From positions 44,297 to 108,296 of the forward strand of contig JBEKHC010000004.1 of NCBI GenBank assembly GCA_050012475.1: a stretch of DNA of 64,000 nucleotides, in the 5' to 3' direction. This document shows, one piece after another, positions 9,175 through 18,264 of this stretch. This DNA is from Candidatus Velthaea sp. Lineage in GTDB: Bacteria > Vulcanimicrobiota > Vulcanimicrobiia > Vulcanimicrobiales > Vulcanimicrobiaceae. Numbering within the stretch: the first letter of the stretch is position 1; each line of letters opens with the position of its first letter. The notes below the pieces were generated by a model. It saw only the letters and a list, made by a program, of their open reading frames with translations, did not search any database and was not told the DNA's origin. A program made the translations under genes and the position numbers.

Positions 9175-10665
9175 CTACCCCAGGTCGGCGGGCGTCAATG
9201 GCCGGGAGCCTTTCCAAGCCCGCAAGTAGGCGTCGCGAGCCGGGGCGCTGTCCTTGCCCTGGGCCCGGAGCGCCTCGGCAAGGCCGAACTCGAGCCGCGG
9301 ATCGTTGGGGTAGCGCTCGAGTTCCGCCCGGAAGACGTGCTCTGCTTCGCTGTCGGCGCGGCTCTCCAGCAGTGTCGCGCCCAGCCCTTCACCGGGCGGA
9401 ATCCACCAATGGCCCTTGGGGTCGCCCAGAAATGAGCCCTGGGCTGCAAGCGCCTTGCGGTAGGCGGCAATCGCGGCACCGTCGTCGTGCGCAGCCCGCG
9501 CCACGGCGGCCGTCATCAGCTCGACGTCCGTTTCGCCGGCTTGTTGGCGCAAGCCGGCAAGATCTTTGCGGGCGGCGTCCAGATCGCCCATGCGCGCCTC
9601 GGCGATAACGCGCAGCGGCGTGATCGCGGCGCCCAAAAGGGCGAGCACGCCGCGGTCGTCGTGCTCGCGCAACGCGACGATCTCGCGAAAATACGCCGAT
9701 TCGTTGTCCGCAAACGCGCGCGCCTGGGCGTCCATTCCCAGCGTCGTCAGACCGTACAGCACGAAGTCCACGTTGTGATCGTGGTAGCCGCGCATGTATG
9801 CTTGGCCGTCGGCGTCGCCTTGCGCAAAGTACGCCGCGTCGTTCGCGCACGCTCGCTCGTTGACGGCAACCATCTGCGCGTAGTCGCCCAGCCGGTCGTA
9901 AATGTGCCCGGCCATGTGTTCGAGGTGGGATTCGCCCGGATCGTAACTGCGCGCTGCGAGAAAATCGGCGTCGGGCAGTGCGCGTTCGGGACGGTCCGCT
10001 TGTTCCCAAAAATGGATGCGTAAGTGCCGCGCACCGACATCGCGGGGATCGAGCTCCAACGCGTGGTTCAAGTCGTCAACGATCGTTTGCGCGTCCGCTG
10101 TGAGCAAATCGTCGTCGGTCGTCAGCCGTCCGGTGGCGTTCCAGCCGGCAAATGCAGCCAGGGTTGCCCCCATCGCGTCGGCCGGATGCGTTTGCGAATA
10201 GCTTTGCATTGCCGCGAAGAACGCTTTCGAGCGATCGCTTTCGGGACGTTTGAGATCGAAACGCGCCGCGGCCGCCTCGAAGAGCGCGCGATCGTCAGCC
10301 GGGGCCGTCGCCGCGGCGCTGCGCCCGCGCTGGATCGCCGCTGCGCCGCGGCGCTCTCCATCGGGCGTCGTCGGCCGGTTGATGTCGATCGTTTCGGCGA
10401 CCGCCTCGCCGAAGTAGGCCAGGGTCGCATGGGGATCGGCGGATTCCGCGGCGCGAAACGCCAGCCGGGCCTCGCCGGCGTTGAAGGCATATAGCATGAG
10501 CAACCCGCGGTCGAACGCCGTTTGCGCTGCGGGGACCGCCGTCGCGATCGTTCGGTGCGCCGCAGCCCGCGTTGGTTCCGTCACCGATGGCGATGGCGAT
10601 GGCGGGGCAGCAGCGGCACAGACGGACAGCATCAGGCCGACTGCCACGCGCTTCAGTACGGCCAC
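9175..10665 (-). CDS. Exported TPR-like helical repeat protein
   Basis: Signal peptide; AQTAFDRGLLMLYAFN..EA, GARHLRIH..E, HLEHMAGHIY, EAEHVFRAELERYPN. Confidence 0.8.
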   Translation of the reverse strand: MAVLKRVAVGLMLSVCAAAAPPSPSPSVTEPTRAAAHRTIATAVPAAQTAFDRGLLMLYAFNAGEARLAFRAAESADPHATLAYFGEAVAETIDINRPTTPDGERRGAAAIQRGRSAAATAPADDRALFEAAAARFDLKRPESDRSKAFFAAMQSYSQTHPADAMGATLAAFAGWNATGRLTTDDDLLTADAQTIVDDLNHALELDPRDVGARHLRIHFWEQADRPERALPDADFLAARSYDPGESHLEHMAGHIYDRLGDYAQMVAVNERACANDAAYFAQGDADGQAYMRGYHDHNVDFVLYGLTTLGMDAQARAFADNESAYFREIVALREHDDRGVLALLGAAITPLRVIAEARMGDLDAARKDLAGLRQQAGETDVELMTAAVARAAHDDGAAIAAYRKALAAQGSFLGDPKGHWWIPPGEGLGATLLESRADSEAEHVFRAELERYPNDPRLEFGLAEALRAQGKDSAPARDAYLRAWKGSRPLTPADLG

Positions 10666-11102
10666 GGCATGCCGATCGCCTCGGCCAGGCGGCGCTCCTC
10701 GGCTTCCATCGCCGCCCGTTCCGCCGGTTCGAGATGATCGTGGCCCAGCAGGTGCAGAACGCCGTGAATGAGCAGACGCTGCACTTCGTTATCGAGCGGC
10801 GCGTCGTAGTCGGCCGCCTGTCGCCGCGCCGTATCCACGCTGATCACGATGTCGCCCAGCAGCCGTTCCGCCCCCGCGTACGCGTTGCCGGGTTCGACGA
10901 GCGGAAAGCTCAAGACGTCGGTGGGCTTGTCCAGTCCGCGAAAGGCGCGGTTGAGTTCGCGGATCTTCGGGTCGCGCACGAACGAGATCGAGACGCTTGA
11001 CTCGCGCTCGTTCAGCGCCGCGAGCAGTGCGCCGGCGGTTCGTTCGATCGCGCGAAAATCCAGCCCGCTCTTACGCGTCGCGTTGGACAGATAGACGGGC
11101 AT
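10653..11102 (-). CDS. ybeY: rRNA maturation endoribonuclease YbeY
   Basis: LNRAFRGLDKPTDVLSFP, LGDIVIS, HGVLHLLGHDH. Confidence 0.96.
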   Translation of the reverse strand: MPVYLSNATRKSGLDFRAIERTAGALLAALNERESSVSISFVRDPKIRELNRAFRGLDKPTDVLSFPLVEPGNAYAGAERLLGDIVISVDTARRQAADYDAPLDNEVQRLLIHGVLHLLGHDHLEPAERAAMEAEERRLAEAIGMPWPY

Positions 11103-12027
11103 ACGCGCCGACGATTTTGCCGACCAGCGGGTGACGGACGACATCGGTCTCGTCCAGATAGGTGATCCCGATGTCGTCGATCCCGCTGAACAGCCGCTCG
11201 ACGTCGAGCAGACCGCTCGCGGCACCGCGCGGCAGATCGACTTGCGTAATGTCGCCGGTGACGATCATTTTGGCATTCTGGCCCAGCCGCGTGAGAAACA
11301 TCTTGAGCTGCTCGCGCGTGACGTTCTGCGCTTCGTCCAAAATAATGTACGCGTCGGAGAGCGTGCGGCCACGCATGTAGGCCAGCGGCGCGACCTCGAT
11401 CGTGCCCCGCTCGAGATACTTCGCCACGGTGCCGTCTTCCATGAGTTCGCCCAAGGCATCGTAGAGCGGACGCAGATACGGATCCACTTTTTCTTTCAGA
11501 TCGCCGGGAAGGAACCCCAGCTTCTCGCCCGCCTCGATCGCCGGCCGGGACAGCACCAAGCGCGAAACGTCGCGGTTCTTGAGCGCCCGCACCGCCATCA
11601 CGATCGCCAAGAACGTTTTGCCCGTGCCGGCCGGACCGATCCCGAACGAGAGCGTATTGCGCTCGATGGCAGCGACGAAGGCCCGTTGCCCGGTGGTCTT
11701 CGGGCGAATCTCCTTGCCGCGGTTCGACACGAAGAGCGTTGGCGGAATGCCGCGGAAGGCTTCGCTCGCTCGTGCGGCAAGGGCCACGTCGTCGGGGGTG
11801 ATCTGGGCGCCCGAGCAGGCCGCCCGGAGCATCGCGGCCAACACGTGTCCGGCCCGGTCGACGGCCGCGCGCTCACCGCTGACCCGGAGCTCCTCCCCGT
11901 CCATCCGGACGACGACGGGGATCAAGGCCTCCAGCGCACTCAGATTCTGATCGTGCTGACCGCAAAAGCGCAGCGGATCGCTCAGCCCATCGAGGCGGAA
12001 AGTGGTTTCGGTGGTCAGCGCGGCCAG
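11071..12027 (-). CDS. phoH: PhoH-family ATPase (start re-assigned to CTG 12027)
   Basis: GPAGTGKT, RPAIEAGEKLGFLPGDL, PLAYMRGRTL, DEAQN, TGDITQVDL, VVRHPLV; conserved N-terminal G..D.NL..LE lies upstream of the first TTG. Confidence 0.95.
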   Translation of the reverse strand: MAALTTETTFRLDGLSDPLRFCGQHDQNLSALEALIPVVVRMDGEELRVSGERAAVDRAGHVLAAMLRAACSGAQITPDDVALAARASEAFRGIPPTLFVSNRGKEIRPKTTGQRAFVAAIERNTLSFGIGPAGTGKTFLAIVMAVRALKNRDVSRLVLSRPAIEAGEKLGFLPGDLKEKVDPYLRPLYDALGELMEDGTVAKYLERGTIEVAPLAYMRGRTLSDAYIILDEAQNVTREQLKMFLTRLGQNAKMIVTGDITQVDLPRGAASGLLDVERLFSGIDDIGITYLDETDVVRHPLVGKIVGAYARLSVQRDA

Positions 12028-12124
12028 ATGATTCTCCTTTGCCCTCTATAACGCACGTCCGCGCCGCGCAGTGTCAAACCGCGTGACGCACGAGCGCACG
12101 TTTTGTTCCGTCGCGTCCGCGGAG

Positions 12125-12592
12125 TTAGCGCTCCCCGTGCAGGTTGAGCGCGACCAAACCCGCGGACGGGCCGCGCAAGGCGACGGGCGGCGAAAGAACT
12201 TCGGCCACGACGAACGCCGCAACGAGTGCCTGCGGACCGGAAAACAAGGCGGTGATGCGGCCCGCTTCGGGCGCTTGAAATGCCGCTGCCGCCGGCCGCC
12301 GCGACGCGGCGGGCCCGCCGGGACCGCTCGCGGCCGGTGGTAGCGGTGCAGGGGGCGGCGGTGCGGGGGCCCGCGGCGGTGCGGGCACCGGCGCAGCGGC
12401 CGCGCGCGCCGCGCCGCCCGGCTCCCGCGGTGGCGGCACGTTCGGCGGCGCGACGCGTTCGGTGAGTGCGTCACGCAACGCGCGGCCCAGCTGGCCGGAC
12501 GGACTGCGCACAGCCGCGGGATTTTCCGCGGACCCCTTGCGGTTGCTCAGCGCGTCGAAGATCGCGGCGATGAACGCCATCAGATCGTCCAT
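12125..12592 (-). CDS. Hypothetical Pro/Ala-rich protein in the YqfB position
   Basis: Follows floA by 3 nt; C-terminal AFVVAEVLSPPVALR resembles the YqfB-like tail. Confidence 0.65.
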   Translation of the reverse strand: MDDLMAFIAAIFDALSNRKGSAENPAAVRSPSGQLGRALRDALTERVAPPNVPPPREPGGAARAAAAPVPAPPRAPAPPPPAPLPPAASGPGGPAASRRPAAAAFQAPEAGRITALFSGPQALVAAFVVAEVLSPPVALRGPSAGLVALNLHGER

Positions 12593-12595
12593 CGG

Positions 12596-13594
12596 TCAGC
12601 GTTGCGGCGGCGGCTGCTGCGTGGGATCGGGCGGCGTGATGCCGGTGCCGATCGCGCCGCGCATTTCGGTATCAGCTTTGATGTTGTTGAGCTTGTAGTA
12701 ATCCATGACGCCCAGGTTGCCGCTGCGAAACGCCTCGGCGATCGCCTGCGGAATGCTGGCCTCCGCCTCGACGACTTTGGCCCGCATCCGCTGCGTTTCG
12801 GCCTTTTGTTCCTGCTCGGCGGCCTGCGCAGCATATTGGCGTTCGGCGGCCTTGGCTTGGGCGATGCGGCGGTCGGCTTCAGCTTGGGAGGTTTGGAGTT
12901 CGGCGCCGATATTTTTGCCGACGTCGACGTCGGCGATATCGATCGACACGATCTCGAACGCCGTCCCGGCATCGAGTCCCTTCGAGAGCACGGCTTTCGA
13001 GATGCGGTCCGGGTACTCGAGCACTTCTTTGTGATCGACCGCCGCACCGACCGCGGAAACGACGCCTTCACCGACCCGCGCGACGATCGTCGGTTCGCCC
13101 GCGCCGCCCACATAGCGTTCGAGGTTGGAGCGCACGGTGATACGCGCTTTGACGTTGAGCTGAATGCCGTTCTGCGCGACGCCTTGAAAGATCGGTGTTT
13201 CGATCACCCGCGGGTTGACCGACGTCTGCAGCGCTTCGAGCACGTTGCGGCCGGCGAGATCGATCGCGGCAGCGCGCTGCCACTCCAGCGGAATCTGGGC
13301 GCGCTGCGCGGCGATCATGGCCAGCGTTACGTTCTCGACGTTGCCGCCGGCAAGGATGTGCGATTGCAGCTGGTCGACCGTAATCTCCAGCCCCGCTTTG
13401 CGCGAGCGCACCAGGTTCGAAACGATGACGCCCGCCGGAACGCCGATGAGCCGCATGCGGATGAGCGAGCCGATCGACAGCGGAACGCCCGCGGCGATCG
13501 TTCGGATCCACAGTCCAAGCGGAAAATAATAGAGAAACAGCCCCGCGCCCAGGACGAGGGCCAAAACGACGATGCTAAAGACGATGCCGGTAAT
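12596..13594 (-). CDS. floA: Flotillin-like protein FloA (YqfA); start possibly ATT 13594, first canonical start TTG 13564
   Basis: [85 protein letters not shown]. Confidence 0.95.
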   Translation of the reverse strand: MTGIVFSIVVLALVLGAGLFLYYFPLGLWIRTIAAGVPLSIGSLIRMRLIGVPAGVIVSNLVRSRKAGLEITVDQLQSHILAGGNVENVTLAMIAAQRAQIPLEWQRAAAIDLAGRNVLEALQTSVNPRVIETPIFQGVAQNGIQLNVKARITVRSNLERYVGGAGEPTIVARVGEGVVSAVGAAVDHKEVLEYPDRISKAVLSKGLDAGTAFEIVSIDIADVDVGKNIGAELQTSQAEADRRIAQAKAAERQYAAQAAEQEQKAETQRMRAKVVEAEASIPQAIAEAFRSGNLGVMDYYKLNNIKADTEMRGAIGTGITPPDPTQQPPPQR

Positions 13595-13624
13595 GGGAAC
13601 TCCGCTCGTAAGCAGCTGATGGGA

Positions 13625-14938
13625 TCAGGGGGTATTCGGGCAGACGAAGATGCGCGCCCCTTCCACCCGGGTAACGCGTACGGCGGTTCCGGCCGTCACG
13701 AACTCACCTTCGGTGAGAACGTCGACCCGTTGACCGTCGATGGTGGCCACGCCGGCCGGACGCAGGTACGACGACGCAATGCCCGTGCGCCCGAGCAAGG
13801 CACGATGATCGGCGCTCGCTACGTAGTCCGGACCTTGCACGCCCGCGAACGCCAAGCGGGCGACGAACGCGTTCTGCGGATACACGCGCGCCGCCAGCGC
13901 GAAAAAGATTACGCTGAGAACGATCGCCGTCGAGATCGCTTGGGCCGCGACGAAAACGAAAGCAAAACCGAACGACAAGACGATCGACGCGGCCAGAGCC
14001 ACGAGCCCGAGCGTTCCCGCCAGGCCGTGACCGGGCAGCACGTGCAGCTCGAAGAGGATGCCCAGTACGCCGAACAAACCCAGCGCGACAACGAACGCGT
14101 TGGAGAACCCAGCGTAGACATGGGTGCCGAAAAACAGCACGAGCGCCGCGATGCCGACCGTCCCGGCGACGCCGTGCAGCGTCTGCATCTCGATGAGCAA
14201 GCCCAGAAAGCCGATCGACAACAGCAGTCCGCTGACTTCGGGATTGGTGGCGAAGCGGGCCAGCTCTTCGCCCCAGCTATAGCTCGCGTGCTCGACGGTC
14301 GCTCCGCGCAAGCCGAAGCTGGTCAGCGCGTCGCCCATCGTCGGTTCGACGGCATCGACGAAGTGCGCGCGCGTCGCTTCGTCCGCCGTCAACGTGAGAA
14401 TCGCGCCCGGCGCCTTGTACGGCGGCGCATCGAGCGTGGCATCGACCATCGCTCCGGCGATGCGCGGATCGCGATGCGCGCGCGCCGCGGTCGATTCGAA
14501 TTCGCTGCGCAGCGCCGACACGGTTTTCACGGACTTGGGGATCGGCTCGGCGGCACCGATGCTCGAACCCGGTGCCATCGCGATTTTGGCCGCCGCGAGC
14601 GTGACGAGCGCACTGGCGGACCACGCACGTTGCGAAACGTAGGCGTAGACCGGGATCGGCGAGCCGATGAGCGCGTCGCGCATTTCGGTCCCCGCCGAAA
14701 CCAAACCGCCGAAGCTGTTGACGTCCAACACGATCGCCCGCGCGTGCCCAATCGTGGCCTCGCGCACGGCGCGTTCGACCATGTGCGCCATGCCTTCGTC
14801 GATGGTTCCGGCGATCGGCACGACCTCGACGGACGCTGGGGGCGCGCTCCCGGCAGGGCTCGTCCGGGCAAACGCCGGCACGAGCCCGGCGAGCAGTCCC
14901 CACGCGAGCAGCGTGCCGAAAACCCAACGCCGGATCAC
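13625..14938 (-). CDS. NfeD-family membrane-bound serine protease (YqeZ)
   Basis: LDVNSFGG, A.SASAL..LAA.KIAMAPGSSIGAAEP, TM region, C-terminal LRPAG..IDGQRVDV..EG OB domain. Confidence 0.92.
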   Translation of the reverse strand: MIRRWVFGTLLAWGLLAGLVPAFARTSPAGSAPPASVEVVPIAGTIDEGMAHMVERAVREATIGHARAIVLDVNSFGGLVSAGTEMRDALIGSPIPVYAYVSQRAWSASALVTLAAAKIAMAPGSSIGAAEPIPKSVKTVSALRSEFESTAARAHRDPRIAGAMVDATLDAPPYKAPGAILTLTADEATRAHFVDAVEPTMGDALTSFGLRGATVEHASYSWGEELARFATNPEVSGLLLSIGFLGLLIEMQTLHGVAGTVGIAALVLFFGTHVYAGFSNAFVVALGLFGVLGILFELHVLPGHGLAGTLGLVALAASIVLSFGFAFVFVAAQAISTAIVLSVIFFALAARVYPQNAFVARLAFAGVQGPDYVASADHRALLGRTGIASSYLRPAGVATIDGQRVDVLTEGEFVTAGTAVRVTRVEGARIFVCPNTP

Positions 14939-14969
14939 GCGCGTATGTACCGCGGCGCGGAGGCGAAGG

Positions 14970-15428
14970 TTACGAACCGGCGGCAGCCGGTTTGAGTTCC
15001 TCGGTGACGACCGCACGAACGATGTTGCCGTCTGCAGCGCCCTTGAGTTGGGGCATGACCAGCTTCATCACCGTACCGGCGTTCCGGCCGTCGGCTGGGA
15101 TACCGGCGATGATCTCACGCACGATCGTGCGGATCTCGTCGGCCGACTTCTGCGCGGGTAAATAGCCGGCCAGAATATCACGCTCCGCCGTTTCTTTGGC
15201 GACGAGTTCGGCCCGGCCGGCCTTGCCATACTCGCCGATCGAATCGTTGCGCTGCTTGACTTGCTTTTGCACCACGGCGATCTGCTCGGCATCCGAAAGA
15301 TCGTGCCCGGCCTCGACGCGGCGATACGTAAAGGCCGACAAGACCGAACGCAGCGTATCGAGCCGCACTTGATCGCGAGCCTTCATCGCGCTTTTGAGAT
15401 CGGTCGAGATCTGGTCCTTGATGCTCAT
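14970..15428 (-). CDS. GatB/YqeY domain protein
   Basis: DLKSAMKARD..L..LR, KQVKQRNDSI..Y.KAGR.EL...E..E..IL..YLP, G.VMK..M..LKG.ADG. Confidence 0.93.
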   Translation of the reverse strand: MSIKDQISTDLKSAMKARDQVRLDTLRSVLSAFTYRRVEAGHDLSDAEQIAVVQKQVKQRNDSIGEYGKAGRAELVAKETAERDILAGYLPAQKSADEIRTIVREIIAGIPADGRNAGTVMKLVMPQLKGAADGNIVRAVVTEELKPAAAGS

Positions 15429-15502
15429 GGATGCTATCACTTCTCTTTCGCGCGGGCGCTTGGCCTGGCGGATTGCGCGCCGCGCTATCAGGCGGGCAGC
15501 TG

Positions 15503-15532
15503 AAAAAAACGCTTCGCCGGCTGGGCGAAGCG
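15503..15532 (-). terminator. Intrinsic terminator after rpsU
   Basis: 9-bp stem (15510-15518 / 15524-15532) followed by T7 on the minus strand. Confidence 0.85.
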
Positions 15533-15557
15533 CTCGAATCGTGCCTGGCGGCGAGCG

Positions 15558-15728
15558 TTAGGCTCGCCGCTTGCGGGCGGCGGCGGATTTTTTCTTCCGG
15601 CGGACGCTTGGTTTCTCGTAGTGCTCGTGCTTCCGCGCTTCGGCCAAGACGCCGGCCTTTTGCGTCGCTTTCTTAAAACGCCGCAGTGCGCTCTCGATCG
15701 TCTCGCCCGGTGCAACTCGTACTTCCAC
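15558..15728 (-). CDS. rpsU: 30S ribosomal protein bS21
   Basis: GTG start after [41 protein letters not shown]. Confidence 0.96.
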   Translation of the reverse strand: MEVRVAPGETIESALRRFKKATQKAGVLAEARKHEHYEKPSVRRKKKSAAARKRRA

Positions 15729-15801
15729 GAACAACCCTCCCTTCGTCCGGCACCCGTGCGCCGTCAATGGCCCAGCGCCGAAAGCGCGGGCCCAACTCCG
15801 G

Positions 15802-15831
15802 ACGTTACCACAGAACGCTCACCCTGGTCAA
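15802..15831 (-). promoter_or_regulatory. Putative sigma70-type promoter of rpsU
   Basis: TTGACC-N18-TAACGT with an extended TG (TGgTAACGT). Confidence 0.55.
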
Positions 15832-15910
15832 CATACCCGCCCCTGGCAAGGTGGTCTTACCCCAGACGTTACGATGGCGTCCCGGTTCGCGACGCGGCGC
15901 TCGGCCGCGA

Positions 15911-16279
15911 TCAGCCCGGCGGCCAGTTCATCCGGCGGCCCGCGAGCACGTGCAGGTGGAGGTGGAAGACGGTCTGGCCGCCGTCGCGGCCCTCGTTGAT
16001 CACGACCCGATAGCCCCGTTCGCCGAAGCGCGAACCCAGATCGGAGGCCGCCGCGAGCAGCTGGGCGCAATCCGCGGGCTCGGCCCGCGCGACGAACTCG
16101 GTGAAGTTGGTGACGTGGAACGTCGGCACGACCAAAAGATGCGTCGGCGCTTTCGGATTGAGGTCGCGAAACGCCACGACGCGGTCGGTGCGCAAAACTT
16201 CGTCAGCTGGCAGCTCGCGCCGCACGATCTTACAGAACAGGCAGCGCGGGTCGTCGCCCGGATCGCCGCGGCCGGTCAA
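15911..16279 (-). CDS. HIT (histidine triad) nucleotide-binding protein, copy 2
   Basis: CLFCKIV, AFRDLNPKAPTH.L, GGQTVFHLHLHVLAGRRMNWPPG; TTG start overlaps the copy 1 stop (TTGA). Confidence 0.92.
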   Translation of the reverse strand: MTGRGDPGDDPRCLFCKIVRRELPADEVLRTDRVVAFRDLNPKAPTHLLVVPTFHVTNFTEFVARAEPADCAQLLAAASDLGSRFGERGYRVVINEGRDGGQTVFHLHLHVLAGRRMNWPPG

Positions 16280-16626
16280 CCCGGCGGCCAGCTCATCCGG
16301 CGTCCGGCCAGAACGTGCAGGTGGAGATGATAGATCTCTTGCCCCGCATCGGCACCGACGTTGGTGACGACCCGATACCCGCGTTCGCCGAATCGCGTGC
16401 CGACTTCGGCGATCGCAGCTAGGAGCCGCGCCGACGCTTCGGCGTTCGCAAGCTGCGCGAAGTCGCTCAGATGCGCGACGTGGGTCGTCGGCACGACGAT
16501 GACGTGCGTCGGAGCCACCGGGTTGAGATCGCGAAACGCGACGACGTGCTCGTCGCGCAACACCTCGTCGGCGGGAATTTCCTGGCGCACGATTTTGCAA
16601 AAGATGCAGCTCGGATCGTACTTCAT
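16276..16626 (-). CDS. HIT (histidine triad) nucleotide-binding protein, copy 1
   Basis: CIFCKIV, AFRDLNPVAPTH, AGQEIYHLHLHVLAGRRMSWPPG. Confidence 0.94.
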   Translation of the reverse strand: MKYDPSCIFCKIVRQEIPADEVLRDEHVVAFRDLNPVAPTHVIVVPTTHVAHLSDFAQLANAEASARLLAAIAEVGTRFGERGYRVVTNVGADAGQEIYHLHLHVLAGRRMSWPPG

Positions 16627-18227
16627 TTCGCCGCCTCCGCCGGTTTGATGAGCTCGAAGTGGTAGCGCGTGTCGGGGCTGGGGACGAAGCCGGTGACCGA
16701 CGTGCTCAGCGCGACCGGAACGACGGTGTGCACGAGCGGCACCGCCGGCACTTGATCGTGCACCATCGCGTTGGCTTGCATGTACACGGTTTTGCGTTTC
16801 GCTTCGTCGACCGTGCTTTGCCCGGCGAGCATGAGCGCGTGGAATTTCGGGTCGCGCCAGAACGAGTAGTTTTGCGCGGTGCCCTTGTGGGCCGAGTCCG
16901 CGTCGAGCAGCGGGTAGAGGAAATCATCGGGATCGCCGTTGTCGCCGCTCCAGCCGATGAGGCACATCTCGTGCTCGCCGTTGCGCACCTTACTGAGAAA
17001 GACGCCGAATTCATAAGGCTCGAGCGTGACGTTGATGCCCGCATCCTTGAGCTGCGCCTGCAGCGTCTCCGCGAGCCGCTGCGGCTCGGGCATGTACGGC
17101 CGCGGCGCCGTCGGATAGTACATGCTGGTCGAAAATCCGTTGGGCAAGCCGGCGGCTTTGAGCAACGCTTTCGCGCGCGCCACGTCGCGGACGTAGGGTT
17201 TGACGGCCGGGTTTTCGCCCAGCATTCCCGGCGGCGTCCAGTTGCCGGCGACGACCGTTCCGGGCGCGTAGAGTCCCCTGGCGATCGCGGTCGAGTCGAT
17301 CGCGTACGCAATGGCTTGCCGCACGGCAAGCTTGTCGAATGGCTTCTTCTCGATGTTGAGCGCGACGTACGCCAGATTATTGGACGGCTGATTGACGACG
17401 GCGATGCCCTTTTGCTGGGCCAGCGTCTTGGCGTCGTCGGCGCGCGGATCGGTCAGCATCTGGATGTCGCCCTTTTCGATCGACAGCACCGACGTGGCTT
17501 GATCCGGGATGTCGCGGATCACGACGGTTTGAATCGTCGGCTTCGCGAGCGGACCGCTGTACGACGGATTCGCCGTGAGCGTGATGTGATCGTCGCGCAC
17601 CCATTCGCTCACGCTGTACGGCCCGCTGCCGACCGGTTTGAGCTCGAACGCTTTGGCGTCGGCTTTGATCGCGGCCGGCGAGCCGATCGCGAACGACGGC
17701 ATCGCGATGTCGCGGAGAAACGGTCCGAACGGATGCGTGAGTTCGAGCACGACCGTCGTCGGCGAAGTCGCTTTGACGTCGCGAATGACGCCCGGGAAGC
17801 CGCCGAACATACTGGCATAGTACGAATACGCGAAGTTTCCCCGATTGGGATCGTTCGGCAGCCGCCAGCGGTCGAAATTGAACTTCACCGCGGCGGCATC
17901 GGCCGGCGTGCCGTCGGCAAACGTAGCACCCGAGCGCAAATCGAACGTCCACACCGTGCCCGCGGCGTTGGCGCTCCATTTGGTTGCGAGCGCCGGCACG
18001 ACGTCAAACGATCCGGGTTTGAACGTAACTAAGTTTTCCATCGTCTCGGACGTCGTGTTGAGCGAGATGCCGTCGGTTTGGTGCGACGGATCGAGTCCGA
18101 CGGCATCTTTTACCCGGGCCATCACCAAGGGCGCGGCAGCCCCGGCGGTGGTGCTGCTGCCGCCGCAGCCCGCGAGCAGCGCAGCGAGAACCATTCCAGC
18201 CGCAAAACGCGCGGCGCATTCGATCAT
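16623..18227 (-). CDS. Family 5 (DppA/OppA-like) ABC substrate-binding lipoprotein
   Basis: Lipobox LLAGC; P.LA.KW..WTF.LR.G.TFADGTP, PVGSGPY, VRQAIAYAID, GWSGDNGDPDDFL. Confidence 0.93.
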   Translation of the reverse strand: MIECAARFAAGMVLAALLAGCGGSSTTAGAAAPLVMARVKDAVGLDPSHQTDGISLNTTSETMENLVTFKPGSFDVVPALATKWSANAAGTVWTFDLRSGATFADGTPADAAAVKFNFDRWRLPNDPNRGNFAYSYYASMFGGFPGVIRDVKATSPTTVVLELTHPFGPFLRDIAMPSFAIGSPAAIKADAKAFELKPVGSGPYSVSEWVRDDHITLTANPSYSGPLAKPTIQTVVIRDIPDQATSVLSIEKGDIQMLTDPRADDAKTLAQQKGIAVVNQPSNNLAYVALNIEKKPFDKLAVRQAIAYAIDSTAIARGLYAPGTVVAGNWTPPGMLGENPAVKPYVRDVARAKALLKAAGLPNGFSTSMYYPTAPRPYMPEPQRLAETLQAQLKDAGINVTLEPYEFGVFLSKVRNGEHEMCLIGWSGDNGDPDDFLYPLLDADSAHKGTAQNYSFWRDPKFHALMLAGQSTVDEAKRKTVYMQANAMVHDQVPAVPLVHTVVPVALSTSVTGFVPSPDTRYHFELIKPAEAAK

Positions 18228-18264
18228 GGGGTCTCCATACGCGCAGCACGCGCGACAGCCATTC

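Noticed and set aside
12045..12077. sigma70 promoter TTGACA...TATAGA for phoH
   Set aside because: The spacer is about 21 nt, too long for a confident call.
12602..14995. 797-aa plus-strand ORF and similar long ORFs (e.g. 54746-58069, 26727-28334, 16659-18032)
   Set aside because: Antisense or alternate-frame shadows of well-supported genes, expected in GC-rich DNA; no motifs.
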